Source of the DNA: Pseudomonadota bacterium
GTDB taxonomy: Bacteria; Bdellovibrionota; FAC87; UBA2466
Direction: 5' to 3'
Assembly (NCBI GenBank): GCA_043718025.1
Contig: JAYSWN010000045.1
Location: forward strand, 1 to 14,288
Length of the DNA: 14,288 nt
The position numbers were made by a program, and so were the translations under genes. The notes below the pieces were generated by a model. The model saw only the letters and a program-made list of their open reading frames with translations. It had not been told where the DNA came from and searched no databases. Below are positions 7,789-14,288 of the stretch, in pieces. Every line of letters starts with the position of its first letter. Position 1 is the first letter of the stretch.

Positions 7789-8595
7789 ATGAAATCTTAT
7801 TCTCTGTATTTTGCGATGGGCATGGCGATCTGCTCGGCGTCGGCGTGGGGTAACCGCGTGCTCTCGGTAACCTCAAACGAAGAGCAGGTAACGCTGACTA
7901 ATGAGGCCACCGGCCGGCGCTTCAAACTCAACGAGTCAGTCTGCCTCGTGAAGAACGGTAAAGAGTTGGCCTGCGGCTTTATCGGTCGTCTTTCCGAAAG
8001 TAGTTTGGTGGTTAAAATTGAATCACGCAGCTACAAAGTGGCACCTGGTTACGATGTTGTTTTACAAAGGGAGACTCGCCATCCCTCTTCGATGGCCAGC
8101 TCTGAAATGGCGGTGGCTAGAGATAATCCAAAATTAGATATTGCGTTGGGGCCAGTTGCCGGTTGGAACTACTTGTTTCCGCTGGTTCCCGCCGTTCAGT
8201 TCGCGGTGACGCGAACCTTTTCGTTGGGGGTTGATTTTCGCTACGCCAAATCTACCAACTTGGGTGTGTCGTCGGAAGCCATGGGTTTAATGGTCAACCT
8301 AAACTATTTTCATACTCATTACGCGTTTCGTGGGCTTATCTTTAATGCGGGCGTCGGGCTTTATAACATCAACCTTTCGTATAATGACGGCACAACAACG
8401 ACCACCGAAAAAATTAGCCCCTTAGCGTTTCAAGCGACGGTCGGTTGGCGAGGAAAACCACATTGGGGTTTAGGCATTGATATCGGACTGGCGGGAGGAT
8501 TGCAGTACGTCACCAAGGCACCCGCCGGAGTGTTCATTAACGAATTTAGCGGCGTCTTACCGCTGATCAGTTTGTATCTTGGCTACAGCCTGTAA
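7789..8595 (+). CDS. Secreted protein with small N-terminal beta domain and C-terminal outer-membrane beta-barrel (about 8 strands)
   Basis: GAGG SD then ATG 7789; signal peptide ending ASAWG; Cys pair in CLVKNGKELACG; RHPSS linker; alternating amphipathic strands; terminal strand SLYLGYSL resembles a BAM beta-signal. Confidence 0.7.
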   Translation: MKSYSLYFAMGMAICSASAWGNRVLSVTSNEEQVTLTNEATGRRFKLNESVCLVKNGKELACGFIGRLSESSLVVKIESRSYKVAPGYDVVLQRETRHPSSMASSEMAVARDNPKLDIALGPVAGWNYLFPLVPAVQFAVTRTFSLGVDFRYAKSTNLGVSSEAMGLMVNLNYFHTHYAFRGLIFNAGVGLYNINLSYNDGTTTTTEKISPLAFQATVGWRGKPHWGLGIDIGLAGGLQYVTKAPAGVFINEFSGVLPLISLYLGYSL

Positions 8596-8611
8596 TTTTT
8601 TTGAGGCGATT

Positions 8612-8947
8612 ATGAAACTGGTGGCTATTCAAGTTGTTCTCTTTGCCCTACTTCTCGGCGGTTGTGCGACCACCCGTAATTACGAATCTTATTTAGATAA
8701 ATGGGTGGGTAAAGAAAAAGAAGAATTGGTAAGTAAAATGGGCCAGCCCGATAAGATTCATTCTTTCGTCGATGGGCGTAAGGCTTACGAATATCGCTTC
8801 AAAGATGTTTACGGCGGAAATATGAGCGCCAAGGCCCGAGAGAACGCGTCGATTCCTACGGGGTGCACCACGTTTTTCTTCACCGATCCGGAAACTTCTC
8901 GCGTGCTTTCGTGGAAGTGGGTTGGCGATGGCTGCCTAGCCAAATAG
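8612..8947 (+). CDS. Small lipoprotein, SmpA/OmlA(BamE)-like fold suspected
   Basis: GAGG SD then ATG 8612; lipobox LGG-C; WVGKEKEELVSKMGQP resembles the G.S..E....LG.P motif; C-terminal Cys pair. Confidence 0.65.
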   Translation: MKLVAIQVVLFALLLGGCATTRNYESYLDKWVGKEKEELVSKMGQPDKIHSFVDGRKAYEYRFKDVYGGNMSAKARENASIPTGCTTFFFTDPETSRVLSWKWVGDGCLAK

Positions 8948-9238
8948 TTTCGCGTCGAAGTTTTATACGACAAATCAGAAAACATTTTTCTAACTCACCA
9001 TAACCCTTAAGAAAAATCATGTTTTTTCTGGAAACGACCGTCTGTCCGGCTATGTCTCACCCTTAACACTCTAAAATGACGCGGCCTTTTTCCTTTAATT
9101 GTGAAATTGCTCAGAAGTTCAACGAGTGTCAGTGTTGAATACACTCGCAGAATACGTCGACAACTTCTTCAGCACCAATACAAAAAAAATAGGCATCATC
9201 GAGAGTTACCTGGCTAAAAAAAGTGCCGAACTTTTTCA

Positions 9239-9254
9239 TGGCCCCCGCACTGCA
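9239..9254 (+). promoter_or_regulatory. Putative sigma54 -24/-12 promoter of the giant lipoprotein operon
   Basis: TGGC-CCCCGCAC-TGCA, with GG at 9240-9241 and GC at 9252-9253 (exact N10 spacing), about 66 bp upstream of the ATG. Confidence 0.55.
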
Positions 9255-9288
9255 CTAAATGACCTTGGGGTTTCAGGGTTTTCTGCGG

Positions 9289-9307
9289 TCTAACCGATAC
9301 GGTTAGA
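9289..9307. promoter_or_regulatory. Perfect palindrome/hairpin abutting the ribosome binding site
   Basis: TCTAACCG-ata-CGGTTAGA, immediately followed by the GGGGAG SD (9308-9313) and ATG 9321. Confidence 0.5.
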
Positions 9308-9320
9308 GGGGAGTCATAAG

Positions 9321-12300
9321 ATGAATCGTTTTAGCCCGTATAATTTCAAATTACTTGCGGTGCTGGCCACGGCCGTTCAATTCGCCGGCTGCAACAATAT
9401 GGGTTCTATGCCGGTAAGCATGCCGGGAATCGGAACCACGGGCGGCACTCGGACGCAATCCCAGACGACCGCTTCGACGGCGAGCACAGCGACCACAGCT
9501 TCGACGGCGAGCACGGCGACCACAGCTTCGACGGCGAGCACGGCGACAACGGCTTCGACGGCGAGCACGGCGAGCACGGCTTCGACGGCGAGCACGGCTT
9601 CGACGGCAACCTCTTCAACCACTTCCGGCGGCAATAATTTACAGAGTTCAATCACGATCGGTGGTAACGACACCATCACCAGCGGTATTTGCTTGGGGTA
9701 CACCGTGAACCTTGGCCGCGCCGGCATGCCGAACGTACCGCAAACCATTTCGTTAGCTGCCACCTCGGGCGCTACCGTCTCTTCGTCCGCCAATTGTGTA
9801 GCGAGTTGGAATACGGTGATCATTGGCGCCAATGATTCAGATGCCACTTTCTACGTTCGCGCCAATCCGGCCAATGGCACCACGCCGATTGATGTACTGG
9901 CCACCGATGTTGACGGCCAGAATAACGGGCTTTACCTACAGGCAAATACTTTCCGTATCAATGTCATCACGCCTCCAGGCCCCCAATGGCCGCCCAATGG
10001 AATTTCTTTTTCGGTAGCCGGGGGCAATGACCGCCAAGTCGACTCATGCGTGCTGCTTACGATGCAACTCACCTACAACGGAATCCCTGCGGTGCCGCCT
10101 TTGGGAACTCCGTCGCAACTCTTTCAGGTTTCGCAGAACCCCGGGCCCACCCAGCCGTATCCAGATGTCTTTTATGACAGTAACGGTTGCGCCAACGATA
10201 GCGTTTTAGCCGGCAGCAACCCTGATATCGTCATTCCTTCTGGTCAGTCGGGTCGATCTTTCTCGTGGCGGCCTTTTAAAGCGCCTCGCAACGTTACGAT
10301 TACCACTTCTTTTAGCGGCATGAATGCCAATCAAACGCTTTCGATTCGTCCCACCCTGCCTAGTTTTATCGCCATCACGCCTGAAGTTTCGGATCAACGG
10401 GCGGGATCTTGCGTTGGCTTTTCCGTGGCCTACCTAGATGCGTTTCGCAACCCTTCGGGCTTTCCGGGGATGCCGCAGATAGTTCAGTTAAATGGTTTAC
10501 CCGTCCAAAGTCTTTTTAGTGATGGACCAACCGTCACTTCGGGTGGGTGTTTAAATGCGATCGATAATGCCACGGTACAGATTAATCCTCCGCCCACGGG
10601 TAGTTACGCCTCGTCGGCCACCTATTTCTACGTAAAAATCAGAGCGGCCATGCCTTCGCCCAGCTATTACACCCTTACGCCGGTGTCGGGAACGGTGACG
10701 GCAATTGCCGCCAAAATTTCGGTTCGGCCCGCCGACGCCGATCTTTTGGTGATTGAAAGTAATGGCGCGGCTTCTGCCTTTGCGGGCACGTGCATCGATT
10801 TCACCGTGCGCATGTCCGACAACTTTGGCAACACGCTCAACTCAATTGCCGCGCCAAAGACGGTGTTGTTCCGTGAAGATCAAAGTTCAGGCCTCATGCA
10901 TAAGGGTTGGGGTTGCTCCGGTACTTCGTCACCGGGCGGTATCTCCGATGTGATGAGTGGTGCCACAACTAGTCTAAAGTTTTCGTACGTGGATAACGTA
11001 GCCCACGATGTCACTTTTACGGCGTCGGCTCCATTGATAACCTACGGGCATTACCCAACCCCACCGCCTTTCCAAATCTTGGCGGCTGATCCCAGAGAGT
11101 TTGCGGCAGTGGTTCCGGGCGCTTCACCGCGCGCCGGAGTTTGTAGCGGCGCATCTTTGGCGAACGGAGGAAGTAATGACGGCACAGCTTTGGCGGGTGG
11201 CATTGATTTTAAAATGCTCGACCAGTTCGGAAATACCACCACCTTTCGTAGCCCGGCTTACGTTGGCCTGGTGGCGATGAATTTCCGCGATTTTCCGCTC
11301 GATGCCAATGTGTCGAGAAAATTGCCTCGGCTCTATTTGGATGCAAATTGTACGCAAGAGATCGTGGCTCCGATCTCCGCATTCAACCACGTCAAGCACC
11401 TGCGCTACGTTGACCTTCGCCAAATAAAAGACGGCGGCAAATTTTGGTTCAAGCATGAGGTTGCCGAGCACTTTGATCTTCAGTTCGTCGCATTAACGCC
11501 GCCAGCGAGCGGGAGCACCTCGATTCCAACCGCTCCTTATCTGAACCCCTATCGCCCCAGTATTAATACCTACTTGGTAGGTCTGAATGTTACGGCGGGA
11601 ATTCCAACGACATTAAAATTTGACGGCATGCCGGCTACTTTGCAGGTTACTGCTGGAAGTTGCAGCGCTCCGATAAAGTTTGGCCTGTTTGATGCTTTTG
11701 GTAACCCCTCTTCGTGGCCGAATAACGCCGGTTCTTTAACGGTGACATTGGGCGCAACGAATTACCCGTCAGGCAGCGCACCCAAATTTTTCTTGGGCTC
11801 GGGCAACGGCAACAATGGCTGCGCGGTGAATGGAAATCCGCAGCTAACTTCGTTGGTCATGATGCCCGGTACTCAGAATGCCACCTTCTTCATGGAGCAG
11901 ACGGTGGCTTCGAATTTTCAGATCACGGCGAGCGCAACCATACAAGGGGTTCAGCAGTTAGACTCTCAGCCGGTATCGGTTTCTGGCGCTACGGCAGTCG
12001 TGCTTAGTTGGAATCCTGACGGAGGAACTTCGATTGCGGGCTTGTCCGGCTCTGGAGTGATCGGTTTTTGCGGACCCGGTAACGCCGGCTACCGCATCAC
12101 CAGCCGTGACGCCTTGGGTGGCTACGGGCCCGGAAATCCTTCGAATGTTCAGTCAGACACCGTGGTATCGTTGCGTGCTCGGGATGCTCGCACCAAAGGC
12201 ATTGCTACTGACGTTAAATTCTACGCCGACATGAATTGCACGACTTTGCTACCGGTGGTCGACGGTTACGCCCGGATTGTCATTGCCGCCGGAAACTCCC

Positions 12301-13880
12301 AAAGCCCTGCCTTCTGGGTGGCCGGAACTAAAGCTCGGTACAACGAACTCTTGGCTTTTTCGGATCGTTTAGTTGGCCAGCGTGTCACCCACATTATTGA
12401 TCCGGGTGAACCCTTTACCATCGGTTTTATTTTGGCCCCCGCGGTTTCTCAAAGCGTCTGCTCGGCGGCCCAGCAAGTGGTAATTTACGATCGTTACCAA
12501 AACGAAACTCCGGTGATCAAATCGGAACCTGGGGCGCCTCTGAGCGTTAACTTTGGTTTAACCGTACCCACTCAGCCGGCAATGCCGCCGTCGCCGTTTG
12601 ACATTCAAGCCAGATTTTTTATCGATCCCACTTGCACTACGATGATTCCTTCGATGCCTTTGGCGCAAAATCAAACGCGTCTGGCGGTATACTTTAAATC
12701 GTTTGCCCAGGGCGTACACACGCTACGAGCCACTTACCAACCTGGCCCAACCACCTTGCTCACCTCCGGAGAGGCAAACTTAACCGTCACTCCGGGAAAT
12801 CTCTCCACCAATTCACTAAGGGTATTTAATCTCGCTAATTCAAATGCTCCGCTCTTTTACAACAGCACGATCGCGCTTAACACCTGCACCTTGTTTGAGG
12901 CGAGAGTTTACGGACCCACCGGAGTGGTGGTAAATCCTTTTCTTGGCCAAGGCACGATGACCTTAACCGCAACCGGCGCTTCGTTTTATAACGCCCTTTA
13001 TCCGGCTACCGACACCAACTGCGCCGGGCCTTCGTCGGCGGTGATAACCAAAACATTCGAACCTGATTCCGATGGCTTTTTCCGATTTCGGGTCAAACCG
13101 ACCGCTTCGGGAGCGCTTAATCTTGTAGCTTCAATGCCGATTGGAGGCGTCGTCATTGGAAGTTACCATTTTATAAACGCGCAGGCGACGTGTACGCCAA
13201 ACGAATCGGCTCCGGTAAGGTTTTGTTTTCCTTCTGCCGTCTGGACTCAGTGGATTTCGAGTTGTCATAACTCAGACTCACTGCGGGCAACGTGGCCCGG
13301 TAACTTCAATGCGTCGGGCCAATTTAGCGGTGGTTTCGTTTACGTAAAGATTAGAACTTCATGCGACGCCAATGGACGACAATTCCAAGAATATGTTGCC
13401 GTCGGCCGCTTTGATGACGGCTGTTTCCCTCCGGAAACGCGTTTGGCCATGGCGGGCGGCCTGCCTAAACGGGCCGATCTGATCCGAACCGGCGATGAGC
13501 TGTGGAATCCCGTGCTGCATAAACCCATGTTCGTGAAGAACGTAGTCAAAGGGCCTGAGCCCACACCACTGCTCAAATTTACAGCAGGTGGCAAAAGCCT
13601 CACCGTCTCCACAAAGCATCCTATGGTCACCAAACGCGGTCTACTGGCGGCTCACCTTGTTGAGGTTGGTGATGAGTTGATTGCCCACGACGGAAAGGCC
13701 CAACGCGTTTCTCAAATAGTGTCGCTACCGCTTAAAAAAGGGCAAATGGTCTATAACTTCGAAGTGGTAACTGAAAGCAACGATCCCAAAGAGCGTATGA
13801 TATCCGCCGAGGGCTTTGTCACCGGTGAGTGGACTTTGCAATCTGCCCTGCAAAAAGCGGAAAGAAGGAGCACTCCATGA
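9321..13880 (+). CDS. Giant surface lipoprotein/adhesin: Thr/Ala/Ser tether, about 9 Cys-paired Ig-like repeats, Cys-rich tip and C-terminal Hint (Hedgehog/intein) domain
   Basis: 1519 aa; lipobox FAG-C24; recurring AGxC...DxFGN...F[YF]xDxxC units; Hint blocks G|CFPPET (C1368), VSTKHP (H1433), VYNFEV (N1479) and ISAEGFVTGE. Confidence 0.88.
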   Translation: MNRFSPYNFKLLAVLATAVQFAGCNNMGSMPVSMPGIGTTGGTRTQSQTTASTASTATTASTASTATTASTASTATTASTASTASTASTASTASTATSSTTSGGNNLQSSITIGGNDTITSGICLGYTVNLGRAGMPNVPQTISLAATSGATVSSSANCVASWNTVIIGANDSDATFYVRANPANGTTPIDVLATDVDGQNNGLYLQANTFRINVITPPGPQWPPNGISFSVAGGNDRQVDSCVLLTMQLTYNGIPAVPPLGTPSQLFQVSQNPGPTQPYPDVFYDSNGCANDSVLAGSNPDIVIPSGQSGRSFSWRPFKAPRNVTITTSFSGMNANQTLSIRPTLPSFIAITPEVSDQRAGSCVGFSVAYLDAFRNPSGFPGMPQIVQLNGLPVQSLFSDGPTVTSGGCLNAIDNATVQINPPPTGSYASSATYFYVKIRAAMPSPSYYTLTPVSGTVTAIAAKISVRPADADLLVIESNGAASAFAGTCIDFTVRMSDNFGNTLNSIAAPKTVLFREDQSSGLMHKGWGCSGTSSPGGISDVMSGATTSLKFSYVDNVAHDVTFTASAPLITYGHYPTPPPFQILAADPREFAAVVPGASPRAGVCSGASLANGGSNDGTALAGGIDFKMLDQFGNTTTFRSPAYVGLVAMNFRDFPLDANVSRKLPRLYLDANCTQEIVAPISAFNHVKHLRYVDLRQIKDGGKFWFKHEVAEHFDLQFVALTPPASGSTSIPTAPYLNPYRPSINTYLVGLNVTAGIPTTLKFDGMPATLQVTAGSCSAPIKFGLFDAFGNPSSWPNNAGSLTVTLGATNYPSGSAPKFFLGSGNGNNGCAVNGNPQLTSLVMMPGTQNATFFMEQTVASNFQITASATIQGVQQLDSQPVSVSGATAVVLSWNPDGGTSIAGLSGSGVIGFCGPGNAGYRITSRDALGGYGPGNPSNVQSDTVVSLRARDARTKGIATDVKFYADMNCTTLLPVVDGYARIVIAAGNSQSPAFWVAGTKARYNELLAFSDRLVGQRVTHIIDPGEPFTIGFILAPAVSQSVCSAAQQVVIYDRYQNETPVIKSEPGAPLSVNFGLTVPTQPAMPPSPFDIQARFFIDPTCTTMIPSMPLAQNQTRLAVYFKSFAQGVHTLRATYQPGPTTLLTSGEANLTVTPGNLSTNSLRVFNLANSNAPLFYNSTIALNTCTLFEARVYGPTGVVVNPFLGQGTMTLTATGASFYNALYPATDTNCAGPSSAVITKTFEPDSDGFFRFRVKPTASGALNLVASMPIGGVVIGSYHFINAQATCTPNESAPVRFCFPSAVWTQWISSCHNSDSLRATWPGNFNASGQFSGGFVYVKIRTSCDANGRQFQEYVAVGRFDDGCFPPETRLAMAGGLPKRADLIRTGDELWNPVLHKPMFVKNVVKGPEPTPLLKFTAGGKSLTVSTKHPMVTKRGLLAAHLVEVGDELIAHDGKAQRVSQIVSLPLKKGQMVYNFEVVTESNDPKERMISAEGFVTGEWTLQSALQKAERRSTP
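9468..9611 (+). repeat. In-frame tandem repeat, 16 x 9 bp encoding TA(S/T), with a 27-bp higher-order unit
   Basis: Units ACNGCTTCG / ACGGCGAGC / ACRGCRACN encode (TAS TAS TAT)x3, (TAS)x6, TAT. Confidence 0.95.
13422..13829 (+). other. Hint domain (aa 1368-1503) lacking the C-terminal His-Asn
   Basis: Block A CFPPET, block B SxxHP and block F VYNFEV are present, with the internal duplication IRTGDEL / VEVGDEL. It ends in VTGE instead of xHN. Confidence 0.88.
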
Positions 13881-14288
13881 ATAAAACCAATTTTTTCTTT
13901 GGCGCCTTCTTAGTTAGCCTAGGGGCCGGGATTTTCCTCTTTCGGGAGAATTCGCTGAAGCAGACGGCGATCTTGCAAGCTCCGCAGGTAGCATCCGAGC
14001 GGCCGGTTCTGGTGACCGGCGTTCCTCCGCTGATGGACGAAGAGTTTAAAGAGGTTCTGCCATGGACGCGCTACGCTCCGAAAGCGCAAGGCGAAAAAGT
14101 GACGATGCGTTTCGTGATGGAAAAGCAGATGTCGTGCAATTTTGGCGATTACGATGCCATCGCGGGTAACTTAAACCGTAGCGACGAGAAAAACCTATTG
14201 CTCTCCCTCGAATCTCTTTCGGTCGAAGACGGCTTTAAGCCGATCAACGTACGAATCAGTCAAACTGAATTTAACAAGGGCTTCGCCG
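13877..14288 (+). CDS. Partial CDS (3' truncated by window): N-terminally membrane-anchored or secreted hypothetical protein, coupled to the Hint protein
   Basis: ATGA overlap with the upstream stop; SD AAGGAG at 13865-13870; open for 137 codons to the window end: MNKTNFFFGAFLVSLGAGIFLFRENSLKQ...MSCNFGDYDAIAGNLNRSDEKNLLLSLESL...FNKGFA. Confidence 0.85.
   Translation, partial: MNKTNFFFGAFLVSLGAGIFLFRENSLKQTAILQAPQVASERPVLVTGVPPLMDEEFKEVLPWTRYAPKAQGEKVTMRFVMEKQMSCNFGDYDAIAGNLNRSDEKNLLLSLESLSVEDGFKPINVRISQTEFNKGFA

Noticed and set aside
9211..9227. Second sigma54 motif TGGCTAAAAAAAGTGCC
   Set aside because: GG-to-GC spacing is 11 nt rather than the required 10.
9468..9611. CRISPR array
   Set aside because: Contiguous 9-bp in-frame coding repeats with no unique spacers, and no cas genes in the window.
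9377..9847. Minus-strand ORFs 9377-9847 (AVEAVV repeats) and 9406-9651 (PSKPCS repeats)
   Set aside because: Antisense shadows of the stop-free TAS repeat inside the giant lipoprotein gene.
13422..13829. Canonical self-splicing intein or mobile intein with homing endonuclease
   Set aside because: No terminal His-Asn, no +1 Cys/Ser/Thr, no endonuclease insert, and only 16 aa follow.
13422..14288. Polymorphic toxin (pretoxin-Hint + toxin + immunity gene)
   Set aside because: No toxin domain follows the Hint and the C-terminal cleavage residues are absent. The downstream gene has a membrane anchor and resembles no immunity family I recognise.

Overview
Bacterial chromosomal segment of envelope and surface genes. 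Its style (many lipoproteins, choice-of-anchor-D/ASH-type Ig domain, RxPSS linker, sigma54 promoters) suggests a Bdellovibrionota/Oligoflexia-like lineage, which is an inference. From left to right: a degenerate MotB-like / MotA-like membrane pair, a RimJ/RimL GNAT, a CPXCG Cys-rich protein, a single Ig-domain lipoprotein, a sigma54-driven small secreted His/Gly/Cys protein with its own terminator, a lysophospholipase-type hydrolase, a pal-slt pair, an outer-membrane beta-barrel plus small lipoprotein, and a 1519-aa lipoprotein followed by a translationally coupled membrane-anchored gene that runs off the window and is absent from the ORF track. The main candidate novel system is the 1519-aa protein. 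It has a lipid anchor, a (TAS/TAT)16 tether, about 9 Cys-paired Ig-like repeats, a 4-Cys tip domain and a C-terminal Hint domain that keeps the N-terminal cleavage residues but lacks the C-terminal His-Asn, so it is a candidate Hedgehog-like self-activating surface adhesin. The second candidate is a 'pseudo-stator' pair whose MotB-like helix has Asn where the proton-accepting Asp normally sits. No rRNA, tRNA, CRISPR or mobile element was seen. All family assignments come from motif recognition by eye, not database searches.
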